From: Selaginella moellendorffii
Lineage: Eukaryota; Plantae; Lycopodiophyta
Direction of reading: 5' to 3'
DNA length: 18,724 nucleotides
Assembly: GCF_000143415.4 (NCBI RefSeq)
Contig: NW_003314337.1
Coordinates: forward strand, 305,004-323,727
Below the pieces are notes generated by a model, which was not told where the DNA came from, did not search any database, and saw only the letters and a list, made by a program, of their open reading frames with translations. A program made the translations under genes and the position numbers. Shown here piece after piece: positions 1 through 10,031 of the stretch (position 1 is its first letter; each line of letters begins with the position of its first letter).

Positions 1-61
<61 letters not shown>

Positions 62-112
62 TACATATATGTGTGTGTGTGTGTATATATATGTATATAT
101 GTATATATATAT
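1..112. repeat. (TA)n microsatellite with embedded (TG)n tract
   Basis: Directly visible: atatat... from base 1, (GT)n at about 71-84, more TA to about 112. Probably truncated by the window edge. Confidence 0.97.
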
Positions 113-275
113 TACCCCCTAATACATTTATTCCCATATGGTTTTTTGATATTTTTTGGAGGTTTATGAGTTACTCTAATTCCTAAATGGAATGCAGCGG
201 TTCTTCTGAGGAGCAGCTCTGATTTTATTAAGCACAATGTCATGGAGTCCGCCTCGCCTAGCTGACTGAAGACCC

Positions 276-515
276 TCAATCATCCATGATGACGGGGATC
301 ATCATCGTCCATGTCGAGAGCTCTCGCTTCTTAGTGTTTGCTGGAGCAAGGCGGAAATCAAAAACCTCTTTGGCTTGTCGAGTTCATTCACGGCATGCTT
401 CCCGAGGCATCAATCGGAATATCTCACCGTGCTGAGCATAAAGCTGCTTGATCTGATCGAAAACTAGGCGAGCTTCCCGGAAGTGGTGCTCTAGTCCCTG
501 TGCAATGTCCACAAG
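276..515 (-). pseudogene. Degenerate PLS-class pentatricopeptide repeat (PPR) gene remnant
   Basis: A single minus-strand frame reads LVDIAQGLEHHFREARLVFDQIKQLYAQHGEIFRLMPREACRE*TRQAKEVFDFRLAPANTKKRELSTWTMMIPVIMDD*. EARxVFD, YAQxG, IFRxMP, AKxVFD and RxxSxWTxMI are typical PLS-PPR consensus words, but the spacing is collapsed, there is an internal TGA at 384-386 and no initiator ATG. Confidence 0.62.
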
Positions 516-616
516 AGGTGAGAGGTGCGAGCTCTCTAAGGTTTAATTCATGGACAAAAATCCGTCAAAGTTCTTCGTTGTCTTTGTAAGAAACGAGCAC
601 GAAGGAAGAGTTTCTC

Positions 617-1230
617 TCATCCTAGGAAATTCATGATTACCAGGTGAAGGACCAGATTGCACAGGACGAAATCAGCGAAGGCCCTCTCCGGTGGAAGATC
701 CTGAGAAGAAAAGAAAGAACTTCTATCCTTGTAGCCTAGTTGAATCACTGCTTGCTTACCTTGAATTCTTTGTTGGCTTTGTTTACTTGCATCCTTAAGC
801 AAACTGGAAAAAAAAAACAAAAAAAAAAAAAAACAAATATGGAAGTTTGGCGGTCGAAAAACACACAACCAAGAAAAAAAGCATGGAAACTAGAACTCTC
901 GATCGATCTATAGACATACCAGCCAGAACAGCCGTTCCTACGCAGGACAAAACCCCCGAGAGAAATGCATTGAAAGGAAAAGATCCAACCACAGCCATGA
1001 ACAAGGTCTGGAGCAGCAAACAAAGAATCAGCCGTCAATCGCGAGAAGAATTCCAACAAACCTGGACAATCGCTGTGATCACGGCATAGGCGACATAGAG
1101 ATCGATCAGCTAAGAAACCAGGAGTTAGATCAGATCGCGGAATGGCAAACTCAATCTCTACCTTGAGCTTCGTCGGAGTGGCGGTGTACGCGGATCTGAG
1201 CGACGTAACAAGCGCCCGCGCGTCGTCCAT
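617..1230 (-). CDS. DAD1: Defender against cell death 1 / oligosaccharyltransferase subunit OST2, about 110 aa, 5 exons (1230-1162, 1109-1062, 1007-920, 803-760, 700-617)
   Basis: Spliced product MDDARALVTSLRSAYTATPTKLK-LIDLYVAYAVITAIVQ-TLFMAVVGSFPFNAFLSGVLSCVGTAVLA-VCLRMQVNKANKEFK-DLPPERAFADFVLCNLVLHLVIMNFLG. It has the DAD1 hallmarks GSFPFNAFLSG and ERAFADF...MNFLG. All introns are GT-AG with consistent phases. Confidence 0.97.
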
Positions 1231-1611
1231 AGCTAGGGTTCTTGGTAGCCCTAAAGCAAAGATTTGGGTTTTTGACGAGAAAGAAAGGATGGCCGGGCAG
1301 CAAATTCTCAAGCGCATTCCAAAGATCAAGTTCCCGGATCGTCGCGCGGCATCCGGTAGAGATTTCTCGCAGCATTTTTTGATTCGATCATGGATTTACA
1401 GGCGGGAAAGCGCCATCGATTCCGACTCCTAGGGGCGCTTCTAGCGGCGCTGGGAGTGCCTCGATTCAACCAAAGCGGGTGCCATTGTCCAAGGAAGAGA
1501 TGGAAGTGATCACAGTGAGTGGATCTTCTTTTCTCCCATTAATTTTCGTTTGTTTGGAATCGCATAGATGGGAGGTCGCTAGGAGAAATTTGTTGGACGC
1601 TTGGTTTGATA

Positions 1612-3870
1612 CTAAATTGCTTCGTTCTCGAGCTTGGGAATTACAAGCATTTTGTTTCTGTGAGCACTGAGTATGAGTTTTGTGAGACTGTTTAACAGGC
1701 GCGTTTCGGGAGTCCCCTCGATGTACACACGTCCAGGCCCGGCGTGTTTTGCCTTGAGCTTCAAATTCGCCACGCCCTTCTTCTTCACTCCCGCGAGAGC
1801 TTGCTGGAAGTTTGGTTGGCCGCGAACACCGAGAGCAGCGATCTGGACCTCGTAGTGATACTTGACAGCAGCTACGTTCACCTGGAAGAAGAACCACACA
1901 ACGTAAGATTTTCTTCCAGCGACTGCAAACTTACCAGCTGAGTTTTGTGTGCTGGACTTCCAGATGATGCTGCCGCATTCGAGAGCTGCTCGAGAGCGTT
2001 GATGTTAGACATCACTGTCGCGTGAAGTGCCTCCGTTTCCTCTGTTCCTTCGAAAATGTCCTGGCTGACGACCAGGCACCACTCTAAGATCCCTGCTACC
2101 AGTTCTGCTGCCTCAGCTCCTCCTGGCTTCTGAAAAAAGGTGGAGTTTCCACACCTGGCACAGGAGGCGACCAGAGCCTGCCAAAGTGACGTCGAATTCA
2201 AGCTTGAAGATGGGAGCTGCCAGGCTTGGGCCTTCACAGTCTTGAGAGCGAGTGGAACCAACACGGCAGCTCGGTACGTGAGTTCTGGATCAATGGAAGC
2301 GTCTGCCAACATATTGGCTGCTTTCTCCACCAAGTCACAAGATAGGCTCTTGAAGATAAGCTGGCCAGGAGGACCTTTTTTCAGCGACAAGTCTGCATCA
2401 CAGTGCCAGAGGTAGTGAGACGCTACAGGGGTCTCGAAAATGCACCGGAGTATCGTCAGAGCCAGCTTCGCCCGTAGAGTTTTCTCTGGACTGGACATGG
2501 TTGCAACCAGGAACTCGTCTCTGCAGAGGCCGATGAAAGTCTTGAAGACGCCAGCCCAGAGCGTACACAAAGACTGACCCCCGACAACAGCTGCCTGGTC
2601 ATCCGTCACTGCTGGCCAGATCTGCGACGAACGATGTTGTCATCTTCAAAGACGGACGGAAAGATTTACCTGGTTGGACTTGAAAGCTGGACTATGGTAC
2701 ACAAGAACATAGAGCAGCAAAAGACCACAGCTCCTGGAATCGCAGTCCTTTTCCCTGGCAGCACCATTGGGATGGTAGTCCGAGCTCGTGAAACCAAGCA
2801 AGCCGCTCATGTATCCAACCATGCTGTCCCATTCCCATGCGGAACTTGGAGAAGAGGCTGGTAAGTTGTTCTCGGAGTTTGACGATTGCGAGAGCATTGA
2901 CGCCGTTGTGTGGAGCAGGACTTGGAGAGGGGCTGTCGGAGATGCTAGCCTGGAAACGTAGGCGTTCTCGCTTTCTCTCCACAGAAGCAGCAGCAGGAGC
3001 ACCAACACCGCATCAACTTCCAGCCGTTTTCTATCCGCGGAGAGCTTGACGGACAACGTTGAGGCGAGGTGGTCGAGAATGTTGTTGGAGAAGAAATAGC
3101 TGGTGATGGGATTGGAGTTTACGTTGTCCGTGGCTGTTAAGATGGTCAAGCACAGCCTGCAAGGATTCCACTCGGATCAAACTCTCGAGAAGGAAAAAAG
3201 TTCACGTACCTTAGCCCGAGGGACTTCACAAGAACTGGAACATTGTCTCTCGCCAGAAGAGTTCCAACGCTGGAGATCAATCGTCGAAAAAACGTGTCTG
3301 CGTTATCTGGCGAGCCAGCAAGCAACAATGTAATGGTCACACCCTGCGAAGAAACGTAAATCTCGATGGAAATCTTCCTCACTCAATCGCTCACCTGTTG
3401 GCTGAATCGCTTTCGAAAAATCTCTCTGGTGAGAACCGCGAGGCTCTCCAGCGCGTGAGCGACTCGGATAAAATTCTCATCGCTTAGATACCTGTGAAGC
3501 AAAAGAAGAAGATTTCTATACTCCTCGATCGACGAACTCAACTCACAACTCACTCACGTCACGCAAGCTGCAAAGATTTCGTTGATAATCGGCTTTAATC
3601 CATGCCGGAGCTCCTCCTCCGTCCTGCTCGAGACGCATTGCGCCAGGAATTCCTGGTTCACCTAACAAGAATGCAAATTCTAGACAATGCGGGCGATCTA
3701 GGAGCTACCTTGAGCAAGAGGAGCTCGTCCCAGAATCTGGTTAGGGCAGTGCGGCCCTGGATTCCTCGATCCCGCGCGAATTGGATCGGGCTCCTCCCGG
3801 AGAAGATCTCCTCGCACAGCGACACATACTTCTCCTTGAACGATTTCTCTGGAGTAATTCGGGGTAGCAT
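1612..3870 (-). CDS. ARMH3/C10orf76 (UPF0668)-like armadillo-helical protein, about 646 aa, 7 exons (3870-3709, 3661-3558, 3491-3395, 3343-3210, 3156-2670, 2621-1935, 1881-1612)
   Basis: The N-terminus KSFKEKYVSLCEEIF...RFWDELLLLKVNQEFL...IINEIFAACV.YLSDENFIRVAHALESL and the segment LRLCLTILTATDNVNSNPITSYF match my recollection of animal/fungal ARMH3 (KEKxVxxYxEIF...RFWEELFLMKVN...IRVVNALQTL...TDNISQN). Six GT-AG introns of 47-66 nt join the ORF-track fragments in frame. Confidence 0.85.
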
Positions 3871-4127
3871 CCCTGGCAAAGCGTGGGAAAGAATCCCTCG
3901 ATCGAGAACAAGGCTAGAGCTAAATGGGAGAAAGCGATTACCTTAATTTTGACCCCCAACAAGAGCCAACAGAATATCCCGCTAACGGCATATCCTTAAG
4001 AAAACGGTGTGTATTAGCGGAATATCTCTACCTAGCATAATTTTTTGTTTCACAAGAATGCGCTCGGAGAGGAGGAAGGCGCCAGGGAAAATCGCGAGCT
4101 TTCCCGATCGATCCTAGCTATTCCGGG
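3871..4127. promoter_or_regulatory. Short divergent (bidirectional) promoter/leader region between the ARMH3-like and ANK-RRM genes
   Basis: Head-to-head gene orientation. Contains the imperfect inverted repeat ATATCCCGCTAA (3974-3985) / TTAGCGGAATAT (4014-4025) and two AACGG cores. Confidence 0.5.
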
Positions 4128-4330
4128 GTGAGTCGATCGAGATCGTCGTCTAGGCAGCGAGCGCCATCGGAAACGATGCTTGCCCTGGGATATTTCGGGC
4201 TCTTCCGTTTCCGATTTCTTTCTTTCATTCCTTGCCAGTGATCTTGGTTGCTTGCTACAAATGCCAGCTCTTTCCTTGCTAATCGAGGCGCCACTTCGTC
4301 GATCTAACGCTCTCCTCTCGATTCTTGCAG
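4128..4330 (+). other. Predicted 5'UTR intron of the ANK-RRM gene
   Basis: Donor GG|GTGAGT at 4128, pyrimidine-rich body, acceptor TTCTTGCAG| at 4330, 18 nt before the first in-frame ATG (4349). Confidence 0.7.
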
Positions 4331-4348
4331 GAGACCGCGCCGATCAAT

Positions 4349-6796
4349 ATGTTCCACTGTCTCCAGGACAAGCCTTCATCCAAGAGGCATCTAACAACGC
4401 ATGAGTCGGACATTAGCTTGGAGAAGGGATTGGACGCGTTTTTCACCGAGGCCGTCAAGAACGACGATGCAAGTAAGCTGGAAGAAGCGCTTAAACGAGA
4501 AAGCGGCAAGCTGGCTTCTGGGGAAACCAAACGAGCGTCATACGACGCTCTAGTCACCAAGCTCTTCCATCTGGTTTGCGCGCTCGACTGTTGGGAGTGT
4601 TGCGAGCTCCTGCTTACTGGCATCAGATCCTTTCCAGTGGCCCGCATTGATGCCGCCAACAGCAGCGAGGGACGATCCGGGCTTCACCATGCTTGCCGGA
4701 ACCATTCCACCAGGTGCATCGAGGTTCTTCTTAAGCATGGTGCCAGCGTTTCCCTCAAGAACAAGGCGGCGCTGTTGCCTCTCGAGGAGGCTCTCCTGAG
4801 CTCCAAGCTTGAGTCTCAGGAGGATGTGGTCAGCACCCCGGCAGCGAACCTAGTGGACAGTGTGAGGAAGAAGGACTTGTCCGCAATCCAGCTGCTAGTC
4901 CCGGTTTGCAAAGACCAGCTAAGTTCGATCGCATGCAAGCTGCTCAAGGATCTCAAGGTGGTGGCCCTGGTTTCGCTTCTACTCACGGCCGGACAGGTCG
5001 CCAATGCTGTTCCTAGATCGGAGGTGGAAGTTCCTGGTACCGTTGTGGATCTTCTTCTATCGTACATTCTACCTCCGACACCTTTTTCGCCAGTGGACGT
5101 GGACGGAACCGGCTATAAGATCAAAATTGCCAGCAGCGGGAATAGCGGAAAACAGTCGCTCAAATCCGTGAAACCCGAGAAGAAGACCTCGGCCGCGAGT
5201 GATAAGTCTTGGATTTTGTCCAAGCAAAACCAGCAGAAGTTCACAGCAGTTCCAAAGCAGGCATCACCAGCGCTACCGGTTAGGAGTTTTTACAGTTTAC
5301 AGAAGCGACAGGACACTCCACAGGGGAAGGATAGCTTGTCAATCGCTACAAAGCTTTTGGAGTGCGTTCTGCTCTTTTATCCGAGACTCACGGCGCATCC
5401 TCAGAGCTCTTTCTCGGCGCCTTTGATCCGAGCTTGCCAGGGAAATGACGTCAAGGTCGTGAAATTGCTGCTAAGCTCCGGGGCTCCGGTAAACGAGCAA
5501 GATGGTGACGGAAATACGCCTCTTCACTGGATACTCCGACAAGCAACACCTTCAAATGACCGGCGCGTCAACCTCGACATCGTCCAGAATCTGCTAGATG
5601 CGGGTGCCAATACTATGCTCGGAAACCGTCTCGGTGCGACACCGATTCATACAGCTGCCGGCCACGGACACTGCGACGCGCTCTGCCTGATGCTGAAGAA
5701 GGACATATCAGGTGTCAACGTTATAGCTGCGACGAAGGAGACACCACTCCACTATGCTGCGGTTAACAACCATATACACTGCGCAGCGGTCCTTCTCAAG
5801 TATGGAGCAAACAGGAACGTTTGCAACCTCCGGAACATGAAGCCATGCAACCTTGCTCCGACTCGCGAGATGTACGCGCTGCTAAACGTTGACGAGAAGA
5901 CGCTGAAAATGCATCCTTGGGAGAGCCTGGTTGCACTGTTCGGGCGCTCCGACGGCAGTCCGGGATGTCCAGCTCATCCTCGCACTAGTAAAAACGCAGC
6001 AGCAGGGAGTAGCAATCCGACGACAAAGAAGGGCTTCGTGGATGCCAGGAAAGTCTTTGTCGGGGGCCTGCCACTTTATGTGACTTCCGAGGATCTCCGA
6101 GACGAGATGGAGTACGAGTATGGAGAGGTTCACGAGGCGGTTGTTATATGCTACGTCGAGACCTCGGGGAAGGTCAAGTCGCGAGGCTTTGGATTCGTTC
6201 TCTTCAAGCAGCCAGAGACGGCAGTCAAGGCGGTGAAAAGCCGGTATACTTCTATCAGGGGCAAAAAGGTGGAGATCAAGGGATGTTTTCCTGCTCAGGA
6301 TGGAGACGACTGCGGGTTGCCGTCGAAAGTAGCTTTCACTGAGAAAGTAGCTTCCGAAGCGCCAGCTCCGGACCAGGCAGGGACAGAGGAACCTGTTTCT
6401 TTGGCTCCAGTTACGCAAGCTCAAGGCCCAGCGTTGCGTGAAGAAGAAGCAGTGGACAGAGCTCCAGTACCAGCCGCTACTGCCACACACTGGGCCAGCA
6501 CTCACACACCTGTGAATGCTACGGCATTTGCGTACAAGACAGCAGGCGTGGAGGACTCGACTTTTGATGACTCTCTGGACCTGGAACGCCTCCTGACTTC
6601 CATTTTCTCGACGGAGGACGCTCCCGTTCCGAAGAAGGTGCTGGAGCCCGAGGAGAAAGAGTTTGCGGAGATACTGTCGCTGCTAGAGGTTGGCAAAGGA
6701 AACAAAGGTAGCAGCAGCAGCAGCACGTACTACGGAGGTAACCGTCTCGACGGCTACGTCCGGCCAGCCTATTCCGTTTCCGGGCTCGGGATTTAG
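4349..6796 (+). CDS. Ankyrin-repeat + C-terminal RRM domain protein, about 815 aa, single coding exon
   Basis: Uninterrupted ORF. The track's start at 4325 is a TTG inside the intron acceptor; the first ATG is 4349. ANK motifs: GRSGLHHACRNHSTRCIEVLLKHGA (about 4670-4745), then PLIRACQGNDVKVVKLLLSSGAPVN, GNTPLHW, GATPIHTAAGHGH and KETPLHYAAVNNH (about 5415-5856). RRM with RNP2 VFVGGL and RNP1 RGFGFVLF ending KKVEIK (about 6047-6280). Confidence 0.92.
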   Translation: MFHCLQDKPSSKRHLTTHESDISLEKGLDAFFTEAVKNDDASKLEEALKRESGKLASGETKRASYDALVTKLFHLVCALDCWECCELLLTGIRSFPVARIDAANSSEGRSGLHHACRNHSTRCIEVLLKHGASVSLKNKAALLPLEEALLSSKLESQEDVVSTPAANLVDSVRKKDLSAIQLLVPVCKDQLSSIACKLLKDLKVVALVSLLLTAGQVANAVPRSEVEVPGTVVDLLLSYILPPTPFSPVDVDGTGYKIKIASSGNSGKQSLKSVKPEKKTSAASDKSWILSKQNQQKFTAVPKQASPALPVRSFYSLQKRQDTPQGKDSLSIATKLLECVLLFYPRLTAHPQSSFSAPLIRACQGNDVKVVKLLLSSGAPVNEQDGDGNTPLHWILRQATPSNDRRVNLDIVQNLLDAGANTMLGNRLGATPIHTAAGHGHCDALCLMLKKDISGVNVIAATKETPLHYAAVNNHIHCAAVLLKYGANRNVCNLRNMKPCNLAPTREMYALLNVDEKTLKMHPWESLVALFGRSDGSPGCPAHPRTSKNAAAGSSNPTTKKGFVDARKVFVGGLPLYVTSEDLRDEMEYEYGEVHEAVVICYVETSGKVKSRGFGFVLFKQPETAVKAVKSRYTSIRGKKVEIKGCFPAQDGDDCGLPSKVAFTEKVASEAPAPDQAGTEEPVSLAPVTQAQGPALREEEAVDRAPVPAATATHWASTHTPVNATAFAYKTAGVEDSTFDDSLDLERLLTSIFSTEDAPVPKKVLEPEEKEFAEILSLLEVGKGNKGSSSSSTYYGGNRLDGYVRPAYSVSGLGI

Positions 6797-6807
6797 CTAG
6801 CAGCACG

Positions 6808-6865
6808 GTAAGTTATCTTCACTTGAATGTCGTTTTCGTTTTGGTCTAATCATGTGTTGTTACAG
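6808..6865 (+). other. Predicted 58-nt 3'UTR intron of the ANK-RRM gene
   Basis: Donor CG|GTAAGT 11 nt after the stop codon, branch-like CTAAT at 6846-6850, acceptor TTACAG| at 6865. The size matches the other introns in the window. Confidence 0.72.
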
Positions 6866-6985
6866 AAGGCACGAATCGACTCGAATCGCCATCGTTTCGT
6901 TTGCTTCTTTCATTTGTTTTTATTTTTGTTCTCTGGTTTTGACGTTTCTATGTACAACGCTGTTTTGGTTTGATAACTAGGTGGA

Positions 6986-9823
6986 TCACAACAAACCCGT
7001 CATGGAGTTGTTTACGCTGGGGGCCCTGGACTGGCGTGCCGACGAACCACGCTTGGTCGGCACCAGCTGAGTGTCGCCTTCTTGCCAATCCCGGTGTCCC
7101 TGCTCTAAATCCTCCTCGGTTTTCAACACGGGATGGGTGTACGAGTTTCTAAACAGGGACCGGAAGTCGGTGTGGGGATCTTTGGCCTGGTCGATTAAAT
7201 CCTTGGCTCTCGCTTCCTGCATCATCGAGTTAAGTATCTCGGAAGAAAGAACTCTCGGAAGAACATTCGAAGAAACTATGAACTTACCTCGAGAGGGAAC
7301 TTGACAAAGGCGGACTCGAAGCACCGCTTGGTATACGTATGAAATATGAAGGTTAAGACTGGCAAACCGGCGAGGAATGGAGTGGAACTGGCCGCTCGCT
7401 TCGTGGAAAGAAGACCCAGTAGCGTGAGCTGCATGATAATCATGGAAGCGACGACCCGGTTGTGGATATGGGGCCAGAAGCCGCCAGCGCTCTCGTACTC
7501 CGGGTGGTACACGTTGATCACCTGGAACGCAACGAGGATTACAGGAGAAGTGGAGGAAAACAAGAGAATCCAACCTGGTTACGATAGACGAGATATGAGA
7601 AGCCAAAGAAGGTGACGATGAATGGGAGGATGATCGGTGCGATGACTGCGTAGACGAGGCCGAGCAAGAAGTAGAGGCCGACGTGAGGAAGCGCAGTGTT
7701 GAGGCTGAGGCCGCCGGGGGCCATGGCCTTTTCCCTGTCTTTCTCCGTCTTGACGAACATCATGTTGCGAAAGTGGAAAAAGAGGAGCGGCTTGAGCCTC
7801 AGGATCTCTCCGGCCACGCTCGCCCAGCCGTCCACCATGATGTAGGAGATGAAGAAGGTGGCCTTGAGTGGTATGGCATCGCCTAGAAGCTGTGGAATGC
7901 TGGAACACGCTTACGTTGAGAGCGTGCTAGAGATAAGAAGTTTTTGCTTACTCGGAGGGTGATTTGTGCAAGAAAAGCTTGAGCTGCTGCAATGCCGAGC
8001 CAGTGAAGACACTGGCAAAGAAAACGTTGAAGACCATGAAGTAGAAGTGCTTGGCTGCTGCCATCCTGTCCAGCTTCGACAGAGATAAATGTCCCTCTAC
8101 CTTTGACAAGATCATCAAGACGCTGGGGAGAATGAGAAGGAAAATTTTCAACGCTAGACCGGGGAGAAATCCTTGTAGTATCGATTTTATAAACTTCCTG
8201 CAAAGAAAAACCGTCAACTTTGTTTCACAAGTTATGAAAACTTACCTCTCGATTACTGGTCTTAAGAACTTGACAGTCCGCTCAATGTCTTCTATGTTTG
8301 CCAGTGACTGCACGAACGTCACGGGAATCATAAAGAAGAGAATGAGGACGACAACTGCTGCCGTTATGGCGATCTTTCGAAAGTAGAGCTCCATGTATGG
8401 AATAGCGAGATTCCTCCAATACACATCCCGAGGCTCAGGCGCCCATTCCGCGAGCCACTTCGTAGGGTCTTTCGTTTGTTGAGTCTGAGCACAGACAGCA
8501 GCTCCCCAACGCGAGTCGAATGTAACGAATGCAACTGGAAGTTTTGCCTTTTCATCGCTGAAAATTCTTTCCTTTTCTGTTGCTGCCTGCTCAAGTCACG
8601 ATCATTGGCCGAGTTCTAAATTATATTATGCCTTACCTCGCCGACAAGTCTCTCTATTTCTGATGTGTAAAACTTCATGGCATCAAGCTTCTCTCCTCTG
8701 ATCCCGAGAAATCCTTTCTGCAAGCGACGTACTAGATTAGCATGTTTGATTTACTTGGTTGGGAGATGAAAACCTTGATTTGAGGCCTGGAAGAAGGATT
8801 TCTTGATTCCATGATACGACAATAATTTAGCTTGTTTTCAATGTCCTCAATCTTCTTAACAATCTTTGCAAGCTTATTGGCATTATATACAATCTGCATT
8901 TCAAACTTCGTAAGAAAAATAGAACAGCATGATTAGAAAATTTCACCTGCCTGATACATAAGGTAGTGTTCATAATGGTTGACACGAAAGAAGTGGTCGA
9001 CATGAAGACCCACAGTTTCATCGGGATCGTCAGGAATTTGCCGAACAAGAACCTGAAATGAAATAGGAAGACTCGTGATCACACAAAAACAAACAAAAAC
9101 CAACAACAGACCGTGAACTGTTCCGGTCGACTCAGCTGAGACTTTAAAAATCTCAATCTCATGAAAGCCACAGTTTTGTACTCGTTGTGGAGCACGTAAC
9201 ACGTCCACAGTGTAAACACATATGTCAATAGCATATGTGCCCAGAGTCTAATGGAAGTAGAAGTTTATAAGATCAAACAATACAAGAAAATAAAAAAGAA
9301 AGAACCTGTCGGATCTATCTTGCACATTTGCCACCGACAATTTATCAATGTCGGCAGAGAAAAGCTTCCCAGAGGACTTGCGCAAGTTCGTATCAGTGGC
9401 ATTCACGGGCACCAAAATGAGGAAACACAAAACCAGCAATGGCACAAAAACCTTTAAGCTGCAAATTAAGGGGCATAAGCGAGCGATCCAAAACTAAGAG
9501 AAAGGAAGAGCATACCCCAGAAGATAAATTCGCAAGAGAATCGCCGAATCCAGCCCTGCGTGATCGATCAGCTCTAGCTCTGGCATCCGAATGGACTCCC
9601 ACATCCAATCTAGGAAATGCAAATACGCCCTGGGGTCGAGGTTCACAAACCTGGCCTTAATCGGTCGATCCTCGCTCTTCCGGACGCCCTTGATGAACCA
9701 TTTGGGATAATAAACCCTGTCGCTGAATGGCTGGAGCCGCAAGAACGCGAAGACGAGGAGGAAGACGATCGTGGATCCGCCATTAATCGCAGCCGACAGC
9801 ATGAGATCTTGGAGAGTCGCCAT
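6986..9823 (-). CDS. OSCA1: OSCA1/CSC1 (ERD4/TMEM63 family) hyperosmolality-gated, mechanosensitive Ca2+-permeable channel, about 758 aa, 11 exons (9823-9516, 9458-9306, 9247-9112, 9052-8951, 8893-8774, 8717-8637, 8586-8246, 8197-7952, 7899-7575, 7521-7288, 7216-6986)
   Basis: MATLQDL...FAFLRLQPFSDRVYYPKWF, LIDHAGLDSAILLRIYLLGLK, RPEQFTVLVR, VYNANKL, AFVTFDSRWGAAVCAQTQQ...WAPEPRDVYW, KATFFISYIMVDGWA and YRNQVINVY...YESAGGFWP are all OSCA clade-1 signatures. Splice phases are consistent if intron 4 is GC-AG. Confidence 0.96.
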
Positions 9824-10031
9824 CGCTCACGATCGATCTGCCGCTTCTCGCGATCGAACGTTCCTTGCCGCCAACACACTCTTGGTAGTTGCTATAGGAG
9901 CTGAGCTACAAAGCAATCGATTCTTACGCGTGCTAACTACGAGATCGCAGCGCGCCGCCAGCAGGAGAAAGATTCCGCTGGCCGAGCTGAGAATGCCTCT
10001 GGGATCGATTGATCATCGCGGAAAAGCTAAA

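Noticed and set aside
286-456. ATGATGA ... CTGA resembling a box C/D snoRNA
   Set aside because: No terminal stem or recognisable rRNA guide. The sequence is better explained as the opposite strand of the PPR remnant.
808-837. Long A run in DAD1 intron 3
   Set aside because: It is the intron's polypyrimidine (U-rich) tract on the minus strand, not a retroelement tail; no target-site duplication is seen.
5882-6806. Antisense ORFs over ANK-RRM, and similar shadow ORFs over the DUF6817-like, EML, IQD and OSCA genes
   Set aside because: No recognisable motifs; expected shadows of GC-rich coding sequence.
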